Shown in pieces: positions 16,511 to 23,671 of a stretch of 36,638 nt of DNA (its first letter is position 1; each line of letters begins with the position of its first letter). The position numbers and the translations under genes were made by a program. The notes below the pieces were generated by a model. The model was not told where the DNA came from. It saw only the letters and a list, made by a program, of their open reading frames with translations, and ran no database searches. The stretch is taken from positions 1 through 36,638 of IMG/VR virus record IMGVR_UViG_3300045988_010186. One strand, written 5' to 3'. Origin of the DNA: a virus.

Positions 16511-17072
16511 TTTTTCCTATCTCCCTTTCTGCCAAGTATAGCTCGTATTCTGCCAGGTCTTTCTTTTTTAGCGCGTTCGCGTACTCATCTGTAATTGCAT
16601 CCACCTCTCTTTTTGGTTTCTCGGACGTAATTACATCGTCTATTTGTTTCCACGCATCGAATTTAGCCCAAAATTCGCGTTCTAAGCGTTTTTTATTTTC
16701 TTCCCGCGTCTTTATGCTATTTTCACGTTCAGCCCTTATACGGTCAAATTTATGCTTCTGACGCATTGTCATTTTTTCGCCGATTGGATAGCCAAGCGAA
16801 AAATCCGCATTAAGTTTCTCGATCGCGTCCTTAAATCCGAGCCTAAAATAGTCACGAACGAATGATATAACGTCCCCGGACGCGCCGCAAGTGAAGCAGT
16901 GATAGCCACCAGAGCCTGGATACACGTGCATCGACGGGTGTCTTGTGTCCGCGTGAAACGGACAGTACATCTTCCTTGATCGGTTGATGGTGAAACCATA
17001 ATACCGCAGCACGTCCTCTGTCGCAAGGCTGGATTTTATTTCCTCCGCTATGGTTGATAAATGACTATACAT
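16503..17072 (-). CDS. CHC2 zinc-finger protein (DnaG-type zinc-binding domain only)
   Basis: Motif CPFHADTRHPSMHVY...YHCFTCGASGDVISF. The C-terminal half is a charged coiled coil. No TOPRIM motifs were seen. Confidence 0.75.
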   Translation of the reverse strand: MYSHLSTIAEEIKSSLATEDVLRYYGFTINRSRKMYCPFHADTRHPSMHVYPGSGGYHCFTCGASGDVISFVRDYFRLGFKDAIEKLNADFSLGYPIGEKMTMRQKHKFDRIRAERENSIKTREENKKRLEREFWAKFDAWKQIDDVITSEKPKREVDAITDEYANALKKKDLAEYELYLAEREIGKNA

Positions 17073-17096
17073 TTTTAGTTACCTCGTTCGATGATT

Positions 17097-17152
17097 ATAA
17101 AAAAATATGGGAATACCCGCAGGCCGAAAGGTGAAAGCCTACGGGTACTCCC
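17097..17152 (-). terminator. Strong minus-strand intrinsic terminator in the leader of the replication genes
   Basis: Minus-strand RNA GGGAGUACCCGUAGGCU-loop-GGCCUGCGGGUAUUCCC forms a 17-bp stem (including G-U pairs), followed by AUAUUUUUUU. On the plus strand the G-U positions become A-C mismatches. Confidence 0.65.
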
Positions 17153-17228
17153 AAGCAGAGAAACCAACAAAAAGGAGATAAAAAAAAGAAGGGAACCACT
17201 CGTCCGCGTCGAACTCATGGACAACATT

Positions 17229-17257
17229 ATAATACTACATCGGCCGGATTACGTCAA
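17229..17257 (-). promoter_or_regulatory. Promoter (TTGACG-N17-TATTAT)
   Basis: Minus strand reads TTGACG (17257-17252), a 17-nt spacer, then TATTAT (17234-17229), followed by AAT. The geometry matches the other three promoter cassettes. Confidence 0.5.
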
Positions 17258-17266
17258 GTAGTTTTT

Positions 17267-17788
17267 TTATTTTTTTTTACATCCCCCGTTGAATTCGTGG
17301 CACGCACCGCCCTGATAGGCGCAAGATGGCACAAGTAGTCCCGTAAACTCTGGGCACACTTTCAGCACCTCACGACACATCTTTTTCACAACTTCGCGCG
17401 TTTCTGGGCTCGCCATATTGCAAAGTCGTTTGTTTGCGATGATTTGCAGCTCCTCAGCGTTGAGATACCAGATCATATCAACCGGCGCGTCCTGCGGGGC
17501 TTTCGTGCGGTCATAGTAGCTCTGCCGGTCGTTGCGCTGGCTGCGCACAAACGGTTGCGCGTGAACGTGCCTGCACAAATGCACACTTACCCAATACGGC
17601 AAATCGGTGATGCGGAAAGCAAACTGCAGCGTCCTGATCGGGCTGTGCCGCGCCTCCAAAATTTTGCTTTTCCATGCCTGCGATGGCGGCTGAACAGGGT
17701 GCTTGCCAACGGTAACAAGTGTACATTCTTTGCAAAACATCCAGTCGTCGTCTGACGGATATTTAATCAGCTCAACGTTCATCGGCAA
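17267..17788 (-). CDS. Truncated ThyX-like protein (mini-ThyX), paralog 2
   Basis: ARHSPIRTLQFAF...VSVHLCRHVHAQPFVRSQRNDR and NAEELQIIANKRLCNMASPETREVVKKM align to the same blocks as paralog 1 and to ThyX motifs. Confidence 0.6.
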   Translation of the reverse strand: MPMNVELIKYPSDDDWMFCKECTLVTVGKHPVQPPSQAWKSKILEARHSPIRTLQFAFRITDLPYWVSVHLCRHVHAQPFVRSQRNDRQSYYDRTKAPQDAPVDMIWYLNAEELQIIANKRLCNMASPETREVVKKMCREVLKVCPEFTGLLVPSCAYQGGACHEFNGGCKKK

Positions 17789-18012
17789 AACCTCTCTTCG
17801 AACGAAGGCTTTACGACATACCCAGTCAGGTCGTCAAGGCTGACGTGCAGCGCGTCTGCGATTGCAATCAGCATGTTTAGCCGTGGCGATACGAGCCCGG
17901 CCTGATACTTTGACAGCGTTGCACGGCTAATTCCGGTCACGTGCTGTAGGCGGTTAAGCGAATATCCTCTTCGCTCCCGAATCTCCCGGAAATTTTCAGT
18001 GAACGTTCCCAT
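17779..18012 (-). CDS. XRE-family helix-turn-helix regulator (77 aa)
   Basis: ATG at 18012 is preceded by GGAGGGG. The sequence NFREIRERRGYSLNRLQHVTGISRATLSKYQAG is a typical HTH_3. Confidence 0.75.
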   Translation of the reverse strand: MGTFTENFREIRERRGYSLNRLQHVTGISRATLSKYQAGLVSPRLNMLIAIADALHVSLDDLTGYVVKPSFEERFCR

Positions 18013-18508
18013 TTTTCCCCTCCAGCTTGGAAATAATCTCACGCATTCTGGGCGCGGAAACGCCCTTCTCGACGATTTTTCCGTTATTATAGATAGTATA
18101 CCCACCGTTCTCAAAAATAGCAGATACGCAAGTTTTTGCGGCTGTGGTGGTTGTTGCGGTCTGCGCCTTTTTACTTTGCATCCGCGCGGGAATGTCCATC
18201 ATCTCCGGCCGCTTCTCCTCAGTCCACGCAAGGCCGCAAAGATTCCAAATAGCGGCGATCAGATGATCTTCATCGGTTTGACCATCCATATACTTAACCA
18301 GATGCCGCATTGCGCTGTCGGCGAAACTGTGGGCAGGGATGCCCTGCTCCCAGTTCCTTTCCGCATATTTTTTTGCTCCTGCTTCGTAGTGCTTCGCAAG
18401 CCGGAGAAGAACGCACATCGGCAGCAGGTCAAATCTTCCTTTACCTTCGTGAATGTCTCTGACCGCCCCCGTACTAAATGCCGTTCTATTTCCGCTATCT
18501 TTAATCAC
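17996..18508 (-). CDS. MazZ/MazG-like dNTP pyrophosphohydrolase domain protein (dATP/dGTP diphosphohydrolase N-terminal-like)
   Basis: FSTGAVRDIHEGKGRFDLLP...LAKHYEAGAKKYAERNWEQGIP...DEDHLIAAIWNL matches my memory of this phage family. A T/A-rich linker and a ~50-aa C-terminal extension follow. Confidence 0.55.
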   Translation of the reverse strand: MIKDSGNRTAFSTGAVRDIHEGKGRFDLLPMCVLLRLAKHYEAGAKKYAERNWEQGIPAHSFADSAMRHLVKYMDGQTDEDHLIAAIWNLCGLAWTEEKRPEMMDIPARMQSKKAQTATTTTAAKTCVSAIFENGGYTIYNNGKIVEKGVSAPRMREIISKLEGKNGNVH

Positions 18509-18950
18509 TTTTTACCTCCACTTCACCGAAAGCCTGCTCGAACGTCAGGCCGGTAACGGCAAGAATTTTTTTGATTTCGTCTATTTTAAGCGCACTTTTT
18601 CCTGCAAATTTTCCTCGCCATCTTTCAGTCGAGCCGGGGTTATAAACATATCCCATCATTTGCAGAAGCACGGTTGTGTTTACTCCGCTCCTATTCATCC
18701 AATCGCGCAACCCGACATAAATGCACGTTTTTTCGCCACAAAAGCGGTAATGTTTCGCATTTACTCCGGCGCAATATTGCGATACGCGCTGCTTGGTAAC
18801 GCCGAGTTCATCTGCGATTTGCTGAAATGACATACCGTTTTCGCGCATTTTAATCGCAATTTCTCTGTTTCTCGTGTATCTATAGTTCCCTTTTCTCTTT
18901 TCTTTTTTTACCTCCTCGCATCCCGTAGGTGTGCAAGATTCAAAATTCAC
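18501..18950 (-). CDS. HTH DNA-binding protein
   Basis: MSFQQIADELGVTKQRVSQY is a sigma-70 region-4 / LuxR-like HTH. Confidence 0.5.
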   Translation of the reverse strand: MNFESCTPTGCEEVKKEKRKGNYRYTRNREIAIKMRENGMSFQQIADELGVTKQRVSQYCAGVNAKHYRFCGEKTCIYVGLRDWMNRSGVNTTVLLQMMGYVYNPGSTERWRGKFAGKSALKIDEIKKILAVTGLTFEQAFGEVEVKSD

Positions 18951-19449
18951 TTTGCAATCGCTCCTTCGCTTCCCGATATAAAATATCGTGTATTAGTTTT
19001 GGTGTTGTATCTGGCTGGCAAAAAACAATATGTGCATCATATCTTGCCATCCACGCGATCAAAGACGCGATCAGGGCTTGCGGCAGCATCTTCGACCGAT
19101 ATCGTCCGGCGTATGCTTTTTCCCAGCTCGCGTTTTCGATCAGCAGATACACCCGCTCTTCTGATTGTTTCAGCCGCTCGAATTCGTTCACGAACCTCTG
19201 CCGGTTTTGGCAAAAATTCGAGCATATCTCGCTCAACGACATTTTCCGTTCAATGCAGCACGGTACGCGCCATTTTTGCTCGCCCGGAAGCACAAACATG
19301 GCAGAATAGTCACCGCTATCCAGCTTCGCGCGTGTCCACGGCACACCGAAAGCCGCCCATCTTTTGACGGCCTCCGGCGTTTCGTGTTCTCTGCTATCGA
19401 CGATTATGGTCATGGTCGATAGCGCTTTTTGCATTTCAGGTGGGTTCAT
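18940..19449 (-). CDS. ERCC4-type nuclease
   Basis: Motifs IVDSREH, SGDY and IERKMSLSE (the ERK motif). Confidence 0.7.
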   Translation of the reverse strand: MNPPEMQKALSTMTIIVDSREHETPEAVKRWAAFGVPWTRAKLDSGDYSAMFVLPGEQKWRVPCCIERKMSLSEICSNFCQNRQRFVNEFERLKQSEERVYLLIENASWEKAYAGRYRSKMLPQALIASLIAWMARYDAHIVFCQPDTTPKLIHDILYREAKERLQSEF

Positions 19450-19936
19450 TCAATGTCCCGTCGAGTTTATGGATCTCCAGAAACAGCGGGTAAAGCTCTG
19501 TCAACGTCTGATACTTGCGCTCGAAAGAATGCAGTTCTTTCATAGCCGTGTCGAGCAAGGCAGTTCTCTTTTCTGCACATGTAAGAATTTTTTGTGTGCT
19601 TTCATATCCGACCTGTTTGTCAACAGTGAAAAACGCCCTGATAGGTGTCGCATCCGGCTCTTTTTCAACCTCGTTACCGTTTTCGTCAATATCCTCGTTT
19701 TTAATCACAAGGGCGCGGATGATGTACCTCGCCTGCGATACCCGGTATTTTTCTGCCGCGATGTCGTTGTCCCACTCAAACTCGTGATGGAGCGGAGCGT
19801 CATCTGCGCGGCTCGCATCCACAAGAGCCTCGGCGGTCAAACCTCCTTTCTTTTCAAGTTCTTCGCACACCGCTCCCGCTGTCTGTGCGTCCGCTTTGAT
19901 GTGATACTTTGCTGTTTGCTTCCATTCGTAAACCAT
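19436..19936 (-). CDS. Hypothetical protein
   Basis: Start trimmed to the ATG at 19936, preceded by AAAGGAGG (MVYEWKQTAKYHIK...). Confidence 0.6.
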   Translation of the reverse strand: MVYEWKQTAKYHIKADAQTAGAVCEELEKKGGLTAEALVDASRADDAPLHHEFEWDNDIAAEKYRVSQARYIIRALVIKNEDIDENGNEVEKEPDATPIRAFFTVDKQVGYESTQKILTCAEKRTALLDTAMKELHSFERKYQTLTELYPLFLEIHKLDGTLNEPT

Positions 19937-19966
19937 TTTGTTTACCTCCTTTAATTTTTTTTGGGA

Positions 19967-20250
19967 TTGCCTGCCACGACGAGCCACGCCACGCCGCGCC
20001 CAACCAGACCTTGCCTGCCTTGCCGCACCGCGCCAAGCCTTGCCTCGCCTGCCATACCGTGCCGTACCACGCCATACCTAGCCTCGCCTGACCTTACCGC
20101 GCCTTGCCTGCCACACCAATCCTTACCGCGCCGTACCTCACCGCGCCATGCCATACCTAACCTTGCCAAACCAAACCATACCTCACCACGCCTGCCATGC
20201 CAAACCCAGCCCGGCCTTGCCATACCGCGCCTCGCCTCACCAAGCCTGCC
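19967..20250 (-). repeat. Degenerate pentanucleotide array: 58 consecutive GGY(N)N units on the minus strand (NNRCC on the plus strand)
   Basis: A gap-free hand parse gives 52 five-mers plus 6 four-mers (TGCC), totalling 284 nt. 57 of 58 units end in CC and 57 of 58 have a purine before CC. See findings. Confidence 0.9.
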
Positions 20251-20269
20251 ATGATCTATTGATCGTTAC

Positions 20270-20917
20270 TCAAGCATCAACATGGAACATACCATACTGC
20301 CCATCTCTTTCTGGACGCCATTCGCCAATCCCGCAAACATATCCGCCAGCGTTAATCATGTTTACGATGTTTTCAAGGCTGACGCTTCCGTTCGTGTTGT
20401 AGCTGATGCACAAATCAGCGTACCAGTTTCTGAACTCTCCGCGATAACGGATGTCAGCCGTGCCCATGCCGACCTTGACCATATCCTCGCGCATGATTGG
20501 CGTATCACTGTGAATCTCGATCAGGCCATTCTCGTCGCTATCGATGAAGAACATACCGCGATTTTCCATCTTGTTTTTGCTCCAACCAAGACGATATGCT
20601 GCGCTGATTGCCGCCTGTTTGATAGCAGTAACCGGGAAGCCGAACCGCGCGCCATTCTCGACGGCTTTCTGGAATCCTTCTTCGGTCGTTTCTTCCGGCA
20701 TCGGGGTAATCCAGTAAAGCGACCGGATGAAATCGTCAACCGGGTCTTTCGCTTCCTTCTTCTTGCCCTTCGCAAGCCCCATCTGTGCCTCAAGCATCAT
20801 GCGTTTTGCTTTCTCGCTCCATGCGTGGATGATGAGCGGCGTGTCACCGACAATGCGGACGTTCACCTTCTGGATTTTAATCGGCCGAATCTCGATAACC
20901 TCTGTTTTTGCTGCCAT
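20270..20917 (-). CDS. Hypothetical protein of the recombination module (215 aa)
   Basis: Long ORF with RBS AAAGGAGA. I do not recognise the family. Confidence 0.6.
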   Translation of the reverse strand: MAAKTEVIEIRPIKIQKVNVRIVGDTPLIIHAWSEKAKRMMLEAQMGLAKGKKKEAKDPVDDFIRSLYWITPMPEETTEEGFQKAVENGARFGFPVTAIKQAAISAAYRLGWSKNKMENRGMFFIDSDENGLIEIHSDTPIMREDMVKVGMGTADIRYRGEFRNWYADLCISYNTNGSVSLENIVNMINAGGYVCGIGEWRPERDGQYGMFHVDA

Positions 20918-21002
20918 TTTTATTATCTCCTTTTCACTTTATTTCGTCCCGCCTATTCTTTCCCGGGCGGGTGCGGGAGTATGTTATGGTGTTTTTCCTC
21001 GC

Positions 21003-21566
21003 TTAAAACGGCAGGTCTCCGTCATCCTCTGCCGGGAGTTCTGTGAACGTCGTGGATGCCTGCACATTCTTTTTCAGCGGACGATCTTTCATCGGCTTGT
21101 AATTGCCATCGCGGACGGCCTGAGCGTCAAGAAACATACCGCATTCGGTTGTCCAGCCTGTATTACCGTCCCATTCCCACTCGCGGTTACGGAACAGCAC
21201 GCCCACGGTCTTGCCTTTCAGACCAGCCTCGTTCCAGTCCCAGTGGTAGCCGGGGTTGCTCTGCTCGATTGCCCACATCGCATTACCGAACTGCTTTTTC
21301 TGGCTGACAACCCACTGATTGCTTTCATCAGGGACAGTCAGGCGATAATTGCCCTTCCACTTTTTGTCCTCGTTCTGGTTGCTCTTCCACTCTTCCGCGA
21401 AATGGTTTTTGTAATCGCCCTCGGCGATGTCGAACGAAATCACAAGCTGTTCGCCCCACGAGTAAGACTTTACCTCAGCGCCCATGATTTTAGCGACATA
21501 GCCGCCAGCGGGAAGCGGCTCACTCATGCGCATGGCCTCTGCCTTGTAACCGTCAAATGCTTTCAT
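21003..21566 (-). CDS. DUF669-like putative single-stranded DNA-binding protein
   Basis: 187 aa, Trp-rich, lying next to the AAA_24 gene. The C-terminal acidic tip EDDGDLPF resembles the SSB tail. Confidence 0.6.
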   Translation of the reverse strand: MKAFDGYKAEAMRMSEPLPAGGYVAKIMGAEVKSYSWGEQLVISFDIAEGDYKNHFAEEWKSNQNEDKKWKGNYRLTVPDESNQWVVSQKKQFGNAMWAIEQSNPGYHWDWNEAGLKGKTVGVLFRNREWEWDGNTGWTTECGMFLDAQAVRDGNYKPMKDRPLKKNVQASTTFTELPAEDDGDLPF

Positions 21567-21798
21567 TTTTGCTTACCTCCGTATTATCAATTATTTTAAG
21601 CGGACATTTTCCGCCTACATACTTTTGCGGATATGCTGTCAGCTCTTTGTTAAGCTGGCACATCCTCTCATTGCTGGACAAATACGGGCACTGATGACAG
21701 CTAATATCTGCCGTGCCGCGCTTGTCAACCGGAAAAAACACGTCCACTGTGGCAGTCGCGTGGACATAAGACGTGATGCCGGATTCGAAATCAGGCAT
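21553..21798 (-). CDS. Hypothetical Cys-rich protein
   Basis: 81-aa ORF overlapping both neighbours. Confidence 0.45.
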   Translation of the reverse strand: MPDFESGITSYVHATATVDVFFPVDKRGTADISCHQCPYLSSNERMCQLNKELTAYPQKYVGGKCPLKIIDNTEVSKNESI

Positions 21799-22414
21799 CC
21801 TCGCTGCCTCCCATCTGCCAATAATTTCTTATTTGTTCGTCCACATACCGAAGGTCATTATCAATAAGAGGCTTGTCGAAAAGCCCCATCGGGGTCTTAA
21901 CTGTGTCCTGCCCGTTGTTTTGGGTGCTGAAAAGGTATCGCCCGTCCTGCACCACGGTTTTTAGCACGATCGTAAACTTGCCTTCCAGCGTGACATAATT
22001 GTCAAGCATCTTGCCGATGGTCTTAAAATGCTCCGAGCCATCGTCTTTCTGATCGCTGTGACCGATGAAATAAACGATCTTATCATCCGGGAGCTGACCG
22101 CACGCGTCAATCAGGTTGTTGAAGTCGCACGCAAAATCGGTGTACTTCTGGTAGCCAGTGACTTTCGCGTTACGCATGAACGCGTTAACCATCAGATAAG
22201 TCGCATCATCAATCACGATTGACTTCTGCGGTGCGGCCTTAATCGCTCGCGTGATAGCGGCGTAATTGTCGCTTTTGAACGTTTTCAAGTCGTTCCTGAA
22301 CGGAAGCGGCTTACCGGACACATTGACGATTGCCACGTCATCTCGCCCGAAATTTCTTAGGCTTGTGGACTTTCCTGTCCCGCTCTGGCCGTAAACCATG
22401 CAAAGTACTGCCAT
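21791..22414 (-). CDS. AAA_24 / Sak4-like RecA-fold ATPase
   Basis: Walker A VYGQSGTGKST at the N-terminus and Walker B IVIDD. The ~207-aa size is typical. Confidence 0.75.
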   Translation of the reverse strand: MAVLCMVYGQSGTGKSTSLRNFGRDDVAIVNVSGKPLPFRNDLKTFKSDNYAAITRAIKAAPQKSIVIDDATYLMVNAFMRNAKVTGYQKYTDFACDFNNLIDACGQLPDDKIVYFIGHSDQKDDGSEHFKTIGKMLDNYVTLEGKFTIVLKTVVQDGRYLFSTQNNGQDTVKTPMGLFDKPLIDNDLRYVDEQIRNYWQMGGSEDA

Positions 22415-22418
22415 ACAA

Positions 22419-22895
22419 TCACCCTTTCTTTTTCTCGGCGCACCATTCGCCGAATCTCTCTTTTTCGCAGATGTCGTCGATGTTGAAAATAAAATCTTCC
22501 AGAAGTTTCATCTGGTAATACGCACCGCTATCGCCTTGTTCATACCGGAGCACGAAATCATAGTATTCTTTCAGCATAACCAGCTCCAACGGCGTTCCAA
22601 TTCTCTCCGGCACGGACGATTTCCAGCACTGATCGAACATATATCTCGCAAATAGACCTTCGTCAAGCATATACGCAAGCGCGGTTTGCGGTGTAAGCAT
22701 ATCCGCCAGGCAGTCGAAGCAGTAACCGCCGAAAAGCTCGTCATCAAGAAACGCGCTTCCGCATCTGCTACAATGCATCGCCTCGCCGTATGCCTCCTTG
22801 CAAACCGGGCATCCGTCGTGCCATCCGTCATCCTCTTTCCATCTTGCCTGCTCACCATCGTCGAAAACGTGGCCGCAGTTAAGGCACTTGTACAT
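22419..22895 (-). CDS. Zinc-ribbon protein, function unknown
   Basis: CLNCGH...CPVC and CSRCGS...CFDC pairs are present. Confidence 0.5.
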   Translation of the reverse strand: MYKCLNCGHVFDDGEQARWKEDDGWHDGCPVCKEAYGEAMHCSRCGSAFLDDELFGGYCFDCLADMLTPQTALAYMLDEGLFARYMFDQCWKSSVPERIGTPLELVMLKEYYDFVLRYEQGDSGAYYQMKLLEDFIFNIDDICEKERFGEWCAEKKKG

Positions 22896-23112
22896 TCTTT
22901 TTACCTCCTTTTTTTGAAAGTGAAATGAACTCTTCTGCTGTCATTTCCGTTTCAAGCAACCCAAGATACAGGTCGATGCCTCCGGCCCTGATTTCTTTGA
23001 TGCACCTTTCTTCTTCCCTTCCGCCGCTTTGAATGTCAAAAGCTGCTGCGCGAAGCACATATAGCGCAAGGTCTTTGACGCCGGATGCGTTGTCTTTCGC
23101 TTTTCTTGGCAA
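22879..23112 (-). CDS. Hypothetical protein, first gene of the early operon (TTG start)
   Basis: AAGGAG lies 8 nt upstream of the TTG at 23112. Confidence 0.45.
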   Translation of the reverse strand: MPRKAKDNASGVKDLALYVLRAAAFDIQSGGREEERCIKEIRAGGIDLYLGLLETEMTAEEFISLSKKGGKKNVQVP

Positions 23113-23137
23113 AATATCATCTCCTTTTCATGATTAT

Positions 23138-23166
23138 AGTATAAACTATTTTTGTTAAATTGTCAA
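23138..23166 (-). promoter_or_regulatory. Early promoter (TTGACA-N17-TATACT)
   Basis: Minus strand reads TTGACA (23166-23161), a 17-nt spacer, then TATACT (23143-23138), followed by ATAATCA. Confidence 0.6.
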
Positions 23167-23189
23167 TACATTTCTCGAAAAAATATACA

Positions 23190-23210
23190 AAATTCAGACG
23201 AAATTCAGAC
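23190..23210. repeat. Tandem direct repeat AAATTCAGAC(g)AAATTCAGAC in the divergent control region; possible operator
   Basis: Two exact 10-mers with an 11-bp period lie between the minus-strand early promoter and the plus-strand gene at 23273. Confidence 0.4.
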
Positions 23211-23272
23211 CTTTGCTTGCTTTCATTTTCCACCCACATGATATACCATGGGAGTAGAAACGAGGTGCTATC

Positions 23273-23671
23273 ATGGCATATTACAATCCGTATATGAATC
23301 CGATGCAATATAACAATCCGTATATTGATAGGCTCAACGCGATGTCGGCGCAGGGGCAGACGAACACCCAGCCGAGCCAGATCATCCGCGTGAACGGCCT
23401 TCCAGGCGCGCAAGCCTATCAGATGGGCGCGAACGCTTCTGTCGCGCTGTTTGACGCGAACGAAGATTATTTTTACATCAAAAGCACTGACGGAGCGGGG
23501 TTCGCATCAATCAGACGTTTCAAATTTTCTCCATGCGATGATATGCAGTCGGCCGCTCCTGCCGAAGATTACGTGACGCGCAAAGAATTCGACGAATTGA
23601 AAGGAATGGTGCTAAATGGCAAGCAGCATCTTCGGGGAGAACCCGATGCAGCAGATGCAGGCGGGAAGTAA
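23273..23671 (+). CDS. Hypothetical protein with N/Y/P/Q-rich N-terminus
   Basis: RBS GAGGTG is present. 132 aa. Confidence 0.55.
   Translation: MAYYNPYMNPMQYNNPYIDRLNAMSAQGQTNTQPSQIIRVNGLPGAQAYQMGANASVALFDANEDYFYIKSTDGAGFASIRRFKFSPCDDMQSAAPAEDYVTRKEFDELKGMVLNGKQHLRGEPDAADAGGK

Noticed and set aside
19951-20254. Long ORFs across the repeat array on both strands (19951..20223 -, 19854..20075 -, 19961..20254 +, 19909..20091 +, 20148..20402 +), encoding Gly/Arg/Trp/Ala- or Pro/Cys/Leu-rich peptides.
   Set aside because: Several overlapping frames on both strands are open only because the 5-nt low-complexity unit rarely creates stops. The conserved signal (GG every 5 nt) cycles through all codon phases, which is not how a coding constraint looks. 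Translation of the 90-aa minus-strand frame cannot be fully excluded.
20930-20990. Hairpin CCCGCC..GGCGGG between the DUF669 gene and the 215-aa gene, as a possible terminator.
   Set aside because: The stem is only 6 bp and there is no U-tract on either strand.
23117-23413. 98-aa minus-strand ORF spanning the early promoter region.
   Set aside because: It runs through the promoter/operator DNA and is antisense to the start of the plus-strand gene at 23273. There is no RBS and the sequence looks random.
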